From the NCBI GenBank assembly GCA_973895155.1, contig OZ316891.1, forward strand, positions 25,729,899 through 25,793,898: 64,000 nt of DNA, in the 5' to 3' direction. The notes below the pieces were generated by a model. It saw only the letters and a program-made list of their open reading frames with translations. It was not told where the DNA came from and searched no databases. Position 1 is the first letter of the stretch, and the number at the start of each line of letters is the position of its first letter. A program made the translations under genes and the position numbers. Below, piece by piece: positions 10,443 through 23,372 of the stretch. The DNA comes from Marsupella aquatica (taxonomy: Eukaryota; Plantae; Marchantiophyta).

Positions 10443-11979
10443 GTTGTCGTATACTTAGTCCCACTTCCTCCCTACTCCCTTATTCCTTGCAGAGCATTGC
10501 CCTGGGGTTTGAGGCTTAAACATTCAGTTGGAACAGTAAGCATTCCAATGTGTCACCTTGCATGAATCATAGTCAACACAATCTTGTGCCCCCTTGCACT
10601 GAGTACCTAGTTTGAAGTAGTTGAAAGCCCCATTTTCTGTAGGTGGGACCTCCTCCCTAATTTGATACAGTTTGGGGCAGTAGGGTTATCAATTTTATTG
10701 ATATGTCAAGTTGTATGAATAGTGGTCAACACCATCTTGTGCTACCCTACTTATTCACTCTCCTTGTGTTTGTTGCAGGTAAGGGAGACTGTTTTCAAAT
10801 ATTATAATTCTCTACCTTGTCAAAAACCTATGTCTTTGGTTTTAATTCATGCCCTTCATGATTTTCCCTTTGTATTTTTCAGGGCATTCTTGGAGCATAA
10901 TTGCCTGGTCAAGATCTGGATCACTTTAACTATAGTTCAAAAATGAGAAATCTCTCGGGCCGTTACATGTAGTAGGTAAATGTTTCCAGAGCATTATGGG
11001 CAATATTAGCCCCTCAAAATTCAAATCAAAGCTCTCATTTTCTGGGGCGTTACATCCCATAATACCTTCTAAACAGGACTTTAATTTATACAAAATGAGG
11101 AAAAAGTAGGAACCAATCCTGGCCTTTTCTTAAAAAAATTGATTTATGAAACTCATGACAGTATGCCTAAAGTCCTCCCCACTAACGAAAGTATTTCTGT
11201 TTTACAATGGTTAAGGTTTGCTTATGTTACTTTTTCTTCTATGGCATTATGTAACATAAACTAAGACTGTCTGGGCTAGAGTTAGAGTCTAAAGTTTGTT
11301 CCCGAAATGCTCAAAAAGGTTTTTTTAATCACCAGTAATGAACTTTTCTTCACTTTCTAGGCATGTGGTTACACTCTTGTAACCCCACACACATCATCAT
11401 TATCCCCTCTTTCCTGCCAATCTCGTGGTGCCCTGGAATTGAGGGAATCCATGGGAAATGGGGTTCAACTCAACGCAGCTAGGTAGGAGCAAAATTGACG
11501 AATCCAGTGTCTGATTATAGTTCAGGGGGCAGGTGTGGCAGGACCCCACTAGATCAAGGCAGGGTTCCATGGAGTCACCGCCAGAGGGTGCGATCACTCC
11601 CAGAAGATCTATAAAAAGCAAGGGAATCAATCAGGTGGGATTGCTCTTCGACGTGGGGGTGGGGGCCGTGGTGGATGGAACCTTTGTCTAGGCTTGTAGA
11701 TAAGGCACCAGTAACGTTGCCCGGACTCGTACCCCCACTCTCATTTCCCCGTTATCCATTCGCCACGATCCGCATCTTCATTGAAATCTATCAAGAGATA
11801 AACCCTTTTCTTCCTCTTCGTTCCCCTCGACATTGGGTGCGGATTGCTTCTAGTCTGCTTCGTTTTTACTCGTATTGGGTTTCAATTTCGTCAAATTTGA
11901 CTCCGTTCACTGACGCAATTTCCGATTACTGAGTTTTTGGTGTCTCGCATCGCACTTGATTGCTCGTTGGTCTAGCGCA

Positions 11980-12789
11980 ATGGCATCAATGGTGGGATGC
12001 ACTGCCCAGCTCGTGGGAGGAGCAGTTTCGGTACTGGCAGTGGCAGCAACGAGCAGAACGTCGACGAGTTCGGCCGCTTCAGTGGCTCCGGGTGGAGTTG
12101 GCCAGAGAAGAATGACAGTGGACGATGGGAGGAATGTGATGACTATGGTGGCATTCTCGAGCAGGTCGGCGCTCTCCGGAGCACAGCTCACGGTTAGCAG
12201 AAACAGAGGAGGAAGAGGTGGAGGAGGAAGGCTTGGCACTGTCAAGGTGCGAGGGTACACGAGCTCCAGCGATGTCGTCGGGGAGGATCCCGACTGGTCA
12301 GAGCAGGACTTCATTGCGGTAGGATTGGCTCATTGCTTCAGGAAAGACGAGGAGCAAAAGCTGTTCGACGCCTTCGTGATCGAGCCGATTCCAGCGGGCC
12401 AGTTGGAATGCATGGATAACGGCGGAGTCACATGCTACAAGCACGCCACGGGAACGACTCTTGGCGTCGTGCTGCAGCAGGACGCATCGTTGCTGCCGAA
12501 GGAGTACGCTGGCGCTCAGTTTTGCGACGGCTTGGAGTTCAGGGCCAAGTGCGCCTCCAGGACGTGGAAGAGGGACCATCCGAGGCAGAATCTGATGAAC
12601 TTGGTGCCTAGGGATGGCACAGTGAGATCGGACTGGAATTTCTCCGTGAAAGATAAGCGAGTGCTGAACCAGGAGCACGTCGTGAAGGACTCCGATAACA
12701 TCAAGCAGGATATGAGTATTGACGTGTATGGACGGACGGAGCAAGAGGAGGAAATGACGGCCGAGATCGGCCAGCTGTATAATGTGTGA
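11980..12789 (+). CDS. Intronless 269-aa protein: putative chloroplast transit peptide plus conserved uncharacterised cyanobacterial/algal-type domain
   Basis: GC-rich open ORF from ATG 11980. N-terminal ~90 aa is S/A/R/G-rich and poor in acidic residues. C-terminal domain DFIAVGLAHCF..VIEPIPA..TTLG..RTWKR..KRVLN..DNIKQ recalls small cyanobacterial hypothetical proteins (from memory, not searched). Confidence 0.85.
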   Translation: MASMVGCTAQLVGGAVSVLAVAATSRTSTSSAASVAPGGVGQRRMTVDDGRNVMTMVAFSSRSALSGAQLTVSRNRGGRGGGGRLGTVKVRGYTSSSDVVGEDPDWSEQDFIAVGLAHCFRKDEEQKLFDAFVIEPIPAGQLECMDNGGVTCYKHATGTTLGVVLQQDASLLPKEYAGAQFCDGLEFRAKCASRTWKRDHPRQNLMNLVPRDGTVRSDWNFSVKDKRVLNQEHVVKDSDNIKQDMSIDVYGRTEQEEEMTAEIGQLYNV

Positions 12790-13132
12790 AGAGATGGACG
12801 CTACGCCTCCCTCCGTCTGTCTCTCAATGTCGATTTGACATTTTTGCACTTTTACGCATGATGAAATGGTCCCGTTTGGAAAAAAATAAATTGTCGACTG
12901 TCCCTGTTCTACAAAGCGGAAGGCTCTTTACATGATGGTTGTTTACTTAGTTCGCTCTGTGTGCCCCTTTCGGCAGAGAAGGCGCTGGGGCATACATCTA
13001 CACGGAGACCGTAGAGCCTACACGGAGACCATAGAGCCGCGGCCTTTATAAAGTAGAAAAAGTTGAGGTATAGCGAGTAGGTCAGGATGAGATTTTCAAT
13101 TTTTATTATGAAGTTTGGGTTGCGCGATGGCA

Positions 13133-13293
13133 ATCATTGTAAATTACTTGTCAGTAAAGCATTTGAAGAAATGGAAGTTCTCTGCAATGCGCGTCTCCGG
13201 AAATTCTGTTTGATCATTGTAAATTACTTGTCAGTAAAGCATTTGAAGAAATGGAAGTTCTCTGCAATGCGCGTCTCCGGAAATTCTGTTTGA
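13133..13293. repeat. Perfect 80-bp tandem duplication
   Basis: ATCATTGTAAATTACTTG...AAATTCTGTTTG starts at 13133 and again at 13213. Confidence 0.95.
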
Positions 13294-13772
13294 CGAGCTT
13301 GAGGTAGAGTCCTATGGTCTTCGTGACATTGTATAAATGTGTGGATGTCGCACCTGTGTCATAGGTCAGTCCTCGTATTTCAATGGATCTGGAAGCTACC
13401 GAAGACACACAATTCTATCATGAGGCAGAGTGACCCAACATTTGCGCGCACACAGTCTTGTTCGTCTTGTATTGCACAAGTGTTTCATGATTTCGACTCC
13501 CATTTATATCGACCCGCTCTGAAGATGGATTTAAGGGAGGGTCCAAGTGTGACGGGGAATTGTGCATCCTGACTCAAGAACTCATCGAACTCCGAATAAA
13601 AGTAATCAAACTCTTCCATAGCCAAATTACATGGTGCAGATTAGTCTTACACTCTTCTCTTCACCGCGGGCATCATCGTCGCGGAAGCATGTACCGTGAA
13701 ATCAAAGATCTTCCAATCTACAGGCAACCTCCTTCCCCAGGGTAATCAGTGGTGGCTTACGTGAGTTTAAGA

Positions 13773-13852
13773 CGACCAAACTTTTGATGTGAGAAGTCCC
13801 GACCAAACTTTTGATGTGAGAAGTCCCGACCAAACTTTTGATGTGAGAAGTC
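13773..13852. repeat. 27-bp tandem repeat x3
   Basis: GACCAAACTTTTGATGTGAGAAGTCCC at 13774, 13801 and 13828 (third copy diverges at its end). Confidence 0.95.
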
Positions 13853-14120
13853 TTCCGGAACAGTATCGAGCTCCAGAGGTGGAGATGTCCGCAAGCTTTG
13901 TCGAATCCAAGAATCCATTCAGATAAGGGGGTGTCCAATATGCCGTGAGGATAGAATGTGGGCCCCTGAACTGGACTAGACTCAATTTGGTGATGTAAGC
14001 TTTGTTGAAAGCTGTGTTTGTCTTGTGGACCAATTTTGTGATGTAAGCTTATTGAAACCTGAGCTTGTCTTGTGAACCTTGAGCTATGTGTATCACACTG
14101 CCAAAGAAAAGTCTTGCTTA

Positions 14121-14665
14121 CCTTGAACTTTATACTTCACATTGAAAAAGAATGAAAAGAGCCAAACCTGGTGGGGACATGACCCAAATGGCAATAGACC
14201 CAGTAAGAGAGACCAACAAACAAACAACCCCAAGAAGACCAAAAAGCCCCAATTGACAGACCTCTACTGCAAGAGACCCAAGAACAGGGAGCAACAAAGG
14301 AAATATCCCAAGAAAATCAATGACCTGAAAAGCTCTAGAGTTGTTTTGAACTATGGCTTTATTGCACAGCAAACTGAAAAGCCTGGTAAACTAAACCTTG
14401 AATTATATCCTTCACATTGTGAAAGAATAAAAAGCGCCAAACCTGGCGGGGACATGACCCAAATGGCAAGGGACCCAGTCAAAGAGAGCAACAAGCAAAC
14501 AACCCCCAAAAGACCCAAAAGCCCCAGGAGACACTACTCAAAGGCAAGAGACCCAATAACAAGGAGCAAATGAGAAACCCAAGAAGATCAATGACCCGAA
14601 AAGCCCAAGTGTTCTTTCTAACTGTAGCTTTATTGAGCAGCAAACTGAAACGCCTGGTAAACTGA
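14121..14665. repeat. Diverged ~275-bp tandem duplication of an A-rich dispersed repeat (LINE 3'-UTR-like)
   Basis: GCCAAACCTGG(T/C)GGGGACATGACCCAAATGGCAA occurs at ~14161 and ~14435. GCAAACTGAAA..CCTGGTAAACT ends both copies, and a similar motif lies at ~31917. Confidence 0.8.
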
Positions 14666-17600
14666 ACTATGGTAGTCTCAATTAAATAAAAACTGGAAGT
14701 CTCAATTTTGTGATGTAAACTATGTAAACAAAGGGGTATCAATTGTTGCAGTTTTCTATAAAAGTTTTTGTGCAAAAGGAGACAACACTCCAAATCAATT
14801 AGCATAAGGGTAGAAGCACCCCAAAAGGTACAACAATGCTTGCAAGAATCCAGGGCTGTCAAATTAGTTCTCTTGTGTGGGCATCGATTTGGTGTGATTT
14901 AAACTAATGTACAACCTCAGAATTCACTCAGTGAAAGGGGTGTCAAATGGTGGAGCTTGTACAAAACTTTTTGACACCAAAAAATGTGAGCATTCATTGA
15001 AGAGAGAGTCTCAAGCTAAATGTTGTCTGTCTATCCGTGTGCAAGAGAAACTGTGGAATTTTCAGGGTGAAGGGCAATGTGTAGGATAACCCTTCCCAAA
15101 GAAGGGGTAATGGGATACCGCCCATTATCCCCAAGTCGGGATGATTTACTAAGAGTATGCCTTCAAGTGAATTTTTAAAACATCTAGCTCACTTTGACAC
15201 TACCAAACTGTTGGCCTAGTTGTCAGTCACTGTTAATCACTTGCACCATACCAAAAACTGAGTCCAGTTTTCTCATTCAAATTTGGGAGTCCACAGGCCA
15301 GGCCGGAACAGGGGTTCAGTGGACTCACCCGCAAGGTAATGCTTCAAAACCCTAAACATATATTTCAGACTGCCAAAAAACAAGGGGTGCCCAACCGAGA
15401 GACATGATACTTCAGGAAAAAAACCCAATCAAGGGGAAACAATCAGTTTATCAAAGGAAACTTTGTGATGGGCCTTTCACACTCTCCAAGGCTGGGACCA
15501 ATATATGATATTTGAGTAACCAATAATGTTTGAAGAAGGTCCATGCCAGTGTGGCAGTCTATCCAAGCAGCTAGTACACTGTTTGTGGTCTATGGGTCTA
15601 TGACCTTACTTGCATATTTTACATTATTTTCCAATTTGGACATTGCTAATTCTTTGCTCCATTTTACACACAATTCCCTTTTGTGTGTATATAGCCCGGG
15701 ATTTCCAAGCAATATGGACTCAGCCTCACCCAAATTGATTACCAACTTGTCCCAAAGATTTACTCCCAAGTTAAGTGCCAAATTTTCAACAAATCCTAAA
15801 GGCTTCACAGCATCACGTTGAAATTGATCCATTTCATCTCGTGTCATATCCTCTTCTTTCTCTACGCTTTCGCGCATGCAATGCGCCATCTCATTAAGAA
15901 AGTTTTTGTATCCCTGAACTCCATGCACAGTAAACTTCCTCTCAAACCCATCGTGCTCATAGTGTGCTGGTATAGTGTAGGGATATAGTATACTTTTCCA
16001 AATTGCCACCAACACATGCTGTCGAATTCCTTTCTTTGCACCACCCCCTCCTCTTTGTTTTCACTTCCCTGTTGTTTTTGGTTTTCTACTAAACTGTAAG
16101 GTTTTGTGTGCATTCTTCAAGGCATTGAGGGCATGAGCATCTGGCTGGTATCCCTCGCCCAACATGGTAGACATTGCCTCCAGCAATTGCCTATACTTAA
16201 CACCCACATCCGTGTTGGCCATGTTCTCACCTCACTAGAACAATATGTATGAAAAGGAATACGAGCTTACAGTGTGTGTTGGCTGGTTAGAGAGGTACAG
16301 ATGAAGCGTGTACAATCAAGCTGCAACAGAAATCCTGAAAAACCATTAGTTATAAACCTTGTGTTGGTACTAATATTGTCACAAGATTATTTCTTTTTTT
16401 GTATTCATTTTTGTATTATTTTGAATGTAACAACAATAAAGGGGAAAGACAATTCTGTAGATTACAACACGCCAAGCCAAACTCCAAGTATGTGCACAAA
16501 AGTTATTTTTTTCTTCAAGTTGTTTACACTTCTACTTCAATGTATGTGATACCTATAATTTTGATTCCATTTGTCAATCAAGTGAAAACATTCATGAGGA
16601 ATCATGATAACCATGCAAAGTATCACACGCCAAACCAAAGTTCCAAGCATGCGTACATGGATGTCTCTATCCTCACAAGTTTTCCACTCAACCAACGAAT
16701 GACACTAAACTGTTAAGGCAATATTAGATTCTCTCGGACGAAATACCACACGCTGAGCCGGAGCTCCAAGCATGCGCGAACGAGAAACCCATAATACCCC
16801 TCCAAATTCTAAAACAAACTTTCTAATAGCCATACAACATACCCTAAAACGGCAAAACACAAGGAAAAAAACCACACAAACACCAAAGAAACTTACCAAA
16901 GAACTTTTCCTCCAAGAGACAATGAGAGAGTCAGTGGAAAAGAGAGAAGAAATGAAGAACAATGAGGGGAGTTCCTCCTCTTATAGGCCCAGCTTGGACC
17001 GTCCTCCCCCAGCACTCTCAAACCCTTCTCCCGCCCTCCGTACTGAGCCAGCGGCGCCTTCGCCTTCGCCCTAACCCTAAAACCAGCCCGGCCGGGGGGT
17101 GGGGCGGTTTGCCGGACCGGGTGGAGTAAACAGGGCTGAAGGGAAGGGCCGGGAAGTCGAGATGGGGTGGCCAGACGGTCCGGGTGCCCTTGTCGGTTGA
17201 CAGACACTCAAGCCCTGACACTCAAGCCTCTATTTGTTGGGCAAATCCAAACTGGGCTATGGGAGCTTTGGTTTGGGTGTCCCTTCAAAATCTATGGAGA
17301 CTTAAACCTCTGGAACCTACAAACTCATGATTCCGCCATTTGATTCATCTCCAATACCACTTTTGTCGAGTAAAATGGCAGTTTCGCTCGCCGATCTGCC
17401 GAGACTGGACATTGGCGACTCTTGATGAGCTCACGGACGTTACACATCGACGAAACGTGTGCATCAAATTTGATCAAGCCCTCGATCGGACCCGTCTTTG
17501 GCGACTACTTTTGTAGCAATTCGTCCGAGCATCCGAAGTTGTGCTGACGAGCGTTTTTCGACTTTCGACCTGTAGTACCAATTTCGTGCATTGTACTGCT

Positions 17601-18213
17601 GTATGGACTGTGCTTGTCTGCTCTGCAGTCGTCTGGCGTTTCCTCATCTCTCGACGTGAGATCGACAATAATAGACAAAGCTTGAGAGCAATGCAGCTGA
17701 TCTGATCTGATATGCTCTGCTGATGCGGCGATTGAGTGTACCAATGGCGTGTAGAATGGTGTAATTTCTCTTTCTTGTGTCGACTTGCGTGGTGGTGGAT
17801 GGTGCCGAAGCTCGTCCTCTCGCGGTGTGTTTGATCTCCGGCGGAAAAGCGAGAGGGGGAGGGGAATCGGCTTGAATAAATCTAGCTCGCTGGTCCGGTT
17901 CCGATTCATCGTCTCGCAGGATTAGGTCAATGCATTGAGATGCTTTGCAGGGGGGCCTGCAAATAAATGAAGTGGAGGTTTCGGTGCGATCCCTTGAAAA
18001 TTGTAATTCTGGCATTGTTTGAGGAGCACGTCAGGGCTGTGGGTGCCATGAGATGGGCCGTGGCGGTTGGATGATTCCTTCTCTGGCCTTGAACCCTAAA
18101 GGTTTTGGATAATGAGCCCTCGAGGCAGCGTTTTTAAGTCTGATCTGTGTGCCGGATCGCTCCCGTGAAGTGCCAAAGGCCGGACCCATCTCTGATTTAT
18201 CGACGGCTTGTAA

Positions 18214-21200
18214 ATGGAACCCTTCACAATGGCAGAATTCTCTGGCGGAGGGGACAGATTGAACAGACATAACTTTGGCGCTACTCCCGGGTAAGATTCT
18301 TTCCTCGTCCACCTTGGGACGCAGGGAAAATGCCTATGAGCAATTGTGGCTGTTGAAGGATGATTGCTTATACCCTTACACAAAGATTGATCGATGAACA
18401 GTTGCAGTTGTCTAAAGAATGGTTGTTTTATATACACAGAGTTCGTGAGCAATTCCAGTGTTTATGGAATGGTTGATTTGTCCCAACACAAAGGGAATTT
18501 ATATGCTCTCTTGGTATCTGTTTCTGTGTCGATTGTGAGCCGCAGGTCGACACTGATGTGCTGTCCTTGTGCCGAAACCTGTTTGGTACTGTCTCCAGTT
18601 TGGAGGGGATTCCAAGTCTTTAGGCTCTCAAAATGTGTATGTCAGGGCTCTAGTACATCATTTTTTATGGCCGCCATATTTTCTTGCTTGCGCAGGGCCT
18701 TACCGGTGCAGGCAATTCACGTTGTAGGTAGGTTTGGGAGGTTATTGGCAGTGTATGCGCTTTATCAATACCTTATGGTTGCCAACAGTTCGGTGGTGGT
18801 GTTCGTTTTTGGAACTCTACTCGGATCGACTGTCATTTTCTTTGCAATTCAAAAACCTTGGAAGGGCCGTCCCTTGTCTCAGGCTCAGGTACGCATTGGT
18901 TGCTTTTTTGCGAATTCCGTTTCGTTGCAGTTCATTTCTCCCTGGGTCACTGGGTCGCGGATATAACCTATTCGAGTTGCTTTCTCTCTGCAGGTTGTTC
19001 CTACGTTATTAAATGGAGCAGTGCTGGCATTGTCACTTGTCCTGTGGGGCAGAGGCCTTCGAGCTTGTGGTCCTGTGAGGTGAGACTGCAATCCTTGAGC
19101 TCAAGTATTTAATATCGACCTTATCTAAGTGAAGAAATAAGATCTGCAAAAGTCGTAAAGTTTTCCCGGATATGGTGCTCATGTCTGCTCTAGGCTTTAG
19201 TAATCTTAGCTTCGTTGTACTGGTTGTTGTGATGAAGCACAGGACTGTACTTGCAGAGTATGTAGGGGCTGTTCTGGGTGCAATTTCCACATTAATGTTC
19301 GGCAGGGGTGGTCACGTTCAAAGAAAGGTGAGGAATCGCACTAATACAGGTCTATTTAGTAGTTCTTTGCGAGGCAACCGGTATTTGTGTGCAGGTATCC
19401 CGCAGAGTAGCTTCCTAACTTTGTTTAGGCTATCTGAGTCTTAATAATCACCTTCGATTAAGCTTACTTAAACTTAGCTACTGGTAGATTAAGACAGGCC
19501 AGGTCTATTAGATCGAGGTCATGGCCGAACTTTCGGGTATAATCCAAGGGGTTATGTTTTAGAATATCACGTGGCGTTTCTGAACTAGCTTAAAATTCCT
19601 TTCTTGAAAGGGATACCTAAATGCATGTATTTTATCATGGTTAGCGTTGACCTATCACCCGCTACTTTTCTGGTATCCATTTTCTATGAAGCAGAGGTCT
19701 GAAGTTTGAAAGATCTTTGTGACTGTTCCTGAGTCAGGGTTTCACCTGGGGATGGTAATGATGTTTATTTCTCTATAATGGTTGCCCTTCTTATTTTCAG
19801 ATTGGAGGACTAATTGCGATGCTCGCAGCCTTCTACTTCCTCTCTCAAGGATGGGCCATGGCAACTTTCTCTCCTTTCTATATCCTCACCCGTGTAACGT
19901 TTATTCGCTAGGCCGGTGACAAAGTTCTAGGTATTTTGGGTGTTTGTGTAGGCGATAAACACCAGTCAGCTTCACAGTAGACGCACCCAGTTGCACTGTA
20001 TTGTTGTGGTTGGTACAACTATTTAGTAATAATTGTATATATAAAAAATTTCAGTATTTCCATGAGAAGACGACCTACAGCTCAGAAAGTACTTGAAGGT
20101 ATGTCGCTCTTTTCATTGCTTTTCTTAAAAGGAGGCCAGGTCTTGGAACAGGCAGGCAGCTCAGCTTTAGCATCAATGAACCACACTCTGTATGCAGGTT
20201 CTTAGGCTGGACAATCTAGATAACTAGGGTTTGTATTGTATTCTACATGGAAATTGGTGGCGTTTAAGGCCGGATAGCTGTCTTTGCGATCATTGAAGAG
20301 TGTTTTGACCTTGACTTTATTGATTACCCTTCAAGACCAACTCCTCCTCAGAGGGCTCAGGATATGAGAAGGGCCATGTGGGTTTACGCTCCATGATAGT
20401 TCCAATTCTCTCAGGTCTCCTTGCAGCACTTCGGAGAATAATTGCAAGACGGGTATCACTAAAAGTAGGATTTCTACTCCTTGATCATTGGAAGAGCCTT
20501 GTTCCCCATCTTTAGCATCAAGGGTTGGCTGTAAGCTGACTTGTCTCTAGAACAATTATGTTGAAGTTTTGAAATTAGTACACATTTTTATGTCTTGCAT
20601 GTTGAGAGTTTGACTCTTCCAAATTTCTACAGTCATTTTCTTCTGTTTTTGTTAGACTTCTAGTCTTCCAGAACTGAAATAGGTAATAGGAGATCGCCTT
20701 ATATGTGGTTTTTCTCCACGCTGACGGTATTTTTTGTGACTTGTTCTGTTCAGAGTCGATCTAAGAAAAGATTCCATGCAATCACAGTTGCAGCTGCCAC
20801 ATGCTTCCTCTTTCCATTTGCTATTGTCAACTTGGCATTTGTACGTATATGATTCTTTTAATATATGATATAAAAATATACAAATTAAGCGATTAGGAGG
20901 TTATGGCAGATTACTTTAGTTTGCTGTATCAGCAGCTCCCTCTAGTTGATTGTTTTCATCAACTTCGTTTGCAACGCTGACCATATTTCCAGCTGAATAC
21001 AAATACTGGAAGGGATTGAAGGGATATCTTTTGTGGTTTGAAGTGTACGGGAGCTGTTGTTTCAAAGTATGCAATGCTTTCAATATTTTGAGCTTGCCTA
21101 GCTGAGAATAATGGTACTTGTGATCAGGGTGACGGTGGAAGCAAATCAGAGTACCATGGATCAGCAATGGTGCCTTATTTGATAACGATACTCTTTGGCA

Positions 21201-21809
21201 CCGTTATGATTTACTATGTTGATGCTTTCGTTGAAGACAAGTACTGTACATCTATTCTTTAAACCTTGCAGTAATACACTCGCATGCGTTCCCTTCATTG
21301 TGCCCATTTTTTTAATCTCATATTTTGAGAGAATTCGCTCTGCTTCCCTTCAACATTATAAACATCATTTATGTTAGATGAAGGTCATGAGTGAAGAATT
21401 TGTCCTGTGAATTTTTTTCCATGTTACATCAAGCAAGACATCTAGCTGACCGTTCTGAGGATTGATTGATCATTTGCAGGTTACAAGTACTGCCATCATC
21501 ACCCCAGCATCTCCTTGTCACTGGCTCTTGTCTCATCGTTCTGGAATTCCTCTACCAAATGGACTTTTCGTTCCTGGGATTCCTCTGGTGCTTGTCATGG
21601 CTTGGATCAGGTTTGTTTCATGACCTTCTCAACTCATCCGATGTGCGATTGAATAGTACTAATTGAACGATACTAAGTACTGCTTATCTGATGCAGGAAT
21701 TTACGCTGCAACGATATTGGATAAATTTCGGAGAGAAGTTGATCAGGGAGAGGGTGACTTCCTGAGAGAAAGCCGCTCTGAGTTGGCCCTTTCTTCTTTG
21801 CCATCGTAA
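18214..21809 (+). CDS. 10-exon multi-pass membrane protein (366 aa), At5g38380-like ('zinc transporter 5-like' N-terminal-domain family)
   Basis: Exons 18214-18290, 18696-18888, 18994-19079, 19243-19327, 19801-19879, 20328-20464, 20754-20840, 21128-21240, 21480-21610 and 21697-21809 sum to 1101 nt in frame. Motifs QKPWKGRPLS, LWGRGLRACGP, LAEYVGAVLG, FLSQGWAMATFSPF, LRRIIARRVSLK. Start could alternatively be ATG 18229. Confidence 0.88.
19880..20327 (+). other. U12-type (minor spliceosome) AT-AC intron
   Basis: 5' end ATATCCTC; branch site CCTTGAC at 20309-20315; 3' end ...GATTAC. Removal restores the reading frame FSPF-S-FK. Confidence 0.9.
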
Positions 21810-22619
21810 CAGCACAATCATTTCTGCAAATTCTGCCCAGCTTTTACAGGTATAGAGACCAAGCGCATTACGGTTGGTGGTTTAGAAGAGAAAAACAATA
21901 AGTAGCAGGCATAATTAAAGGTTATCCTGGCCATGTGAAATGAACAAAATCTCATGCTGTTTTATGGAAACTTGCATTCGATTTCGTACTTGATTTTGAC
22001 TTGGAAATCTGATAGAGCGCTAATCAGGGTACCGAGCCTCCAAAGAGGTTAACTTCTGGCTCAGTGGCTCGCAGATAACAAGATCTTCAGATTGAATTCC
22101 TACTCCTAAACCCCACAACACACAGTATTTCGAACGATTTACAAATTACTGTTAGTTCTTTAATCTCCAATTATCATTGGAGCCGAGAGACAACCTTTAG
22201 ATGCTACTTATGCTTGGCAGTAAGTTAAGTTGTGTGCGGGGTGAGTAAACATTATCATTGCCTAAACTATTCTGCTATTGATGCTCATGAGCACGAGTAC
22301 AACGCTTCCCTATGTTTCTCTCTGTTCTAAGTAATTTAATGATTCAAATTTATACTTACTAGGGCAGACGTTTCTTGCTGCGCTTGCAGGATTATGGAGA
22401 ACCTGTTCCACCAAATTATGTTACAGTTGCCAACAATTTGATATTTGAAGAAAGTGGCGCTTATTTGTTAGCCAGTGTACAGTCCATCAGCTTCAACAAT
22501 CTTTGAGCAATTGTTCAGTTCAGTACCACTGGAGCAGAAAAGCATTTTTCTGAAACAATACTGGTAAAAGGTGGTCGAAATCTACACTGGCAGTCTTTCC
22601 ACATTGTGTTCAGCATAAC

Positions 22620-23070
22620 CATCACACTTGGTGAATAATTAGACATGTCATTCACGATTCAAGACAGAAAGGAGAAAGCAATGGCAATGACTATGCGTAC
22701 ATGGGGAATAAGGAGACGATCCATGTCATTCGGGGTTCAAGACAATAAGGAATAAACAACAGGAATGACCAGTTATACACTGAATAATGAGGGCATTTGA
22801 TGTCGTTCACATTTCAAGAAGCTAAACAATATAACAACGACCATATTTGGTCTCTTTCCTTATGCTGACTTGTTTGGGACAAGGATCGGTAATGACTAGG
22901 CTTACATGTTGAATAATGAGATATAACAACGACCATATTTGGTCTCTTTCCTTATGCCGACTTATTTGGACAAGGAGCGGCAATCACTACGGTAGTTATA
23001 CACTGAATATGAAGTTATACACTGAATGTGAGGCAAGCCATATTGTTCACTGTCCAAGAAAGCTAAACGA
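22620..23070. repeat. Degenerate tandem repeats including a ~60-bp near-perfect duplication
   Basis: ATATAACAACGACCATATTTGGTCTCTTTCCTTATGC at ~22829 and 22921; AGTTATACACTGAAT occurs three times. Confidence 0.75.
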
Positions 23071-23372
23071 TAGGGTAGGTTAGGAGACTTGTATACTTGA
23101 AAGTGAATTGAATGAAACAAAGATTTATATCTAGTATTGTATTTGAAATTTTTGAGATCTCAAAGCTCTTATTGTAACAAGAGCAGTGCTCTTCAAACAC
23201 TATCATTTCTTAGAGCTCCACATTGGGAAATTTAATTGAAACGCTCTTTGTGAAGCGCTCTCTGAAAAGCTCTCTCAAAAATAAGATTTCTTCAGTAATA
23301 CCCTCTTAGATTAAAATCTGAGATAACTTTGGAGCAAAAGCATTCTAACCCCTCCTTAACATAAGATTGTCA

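Noticed and set aside
12298-12849. 183-aa antisense ORF over the plastid-protein gene
   Set aside because: Shadow ORF expected from GC3-rich codon usage; no recognisable motifs.
13773-13852. 27-bp direct repeats resembling a CRISPR array
   Set aside because: The units are contiguous with no unique spacers, there are no cas genes, and the context is eukaryotic.
20992-21020. Extra exon candidate in the membrane-protein gene after TTTCCAG
   Set aside because: It runs into an in-frame TGA, and the model is complete and in frame without it.
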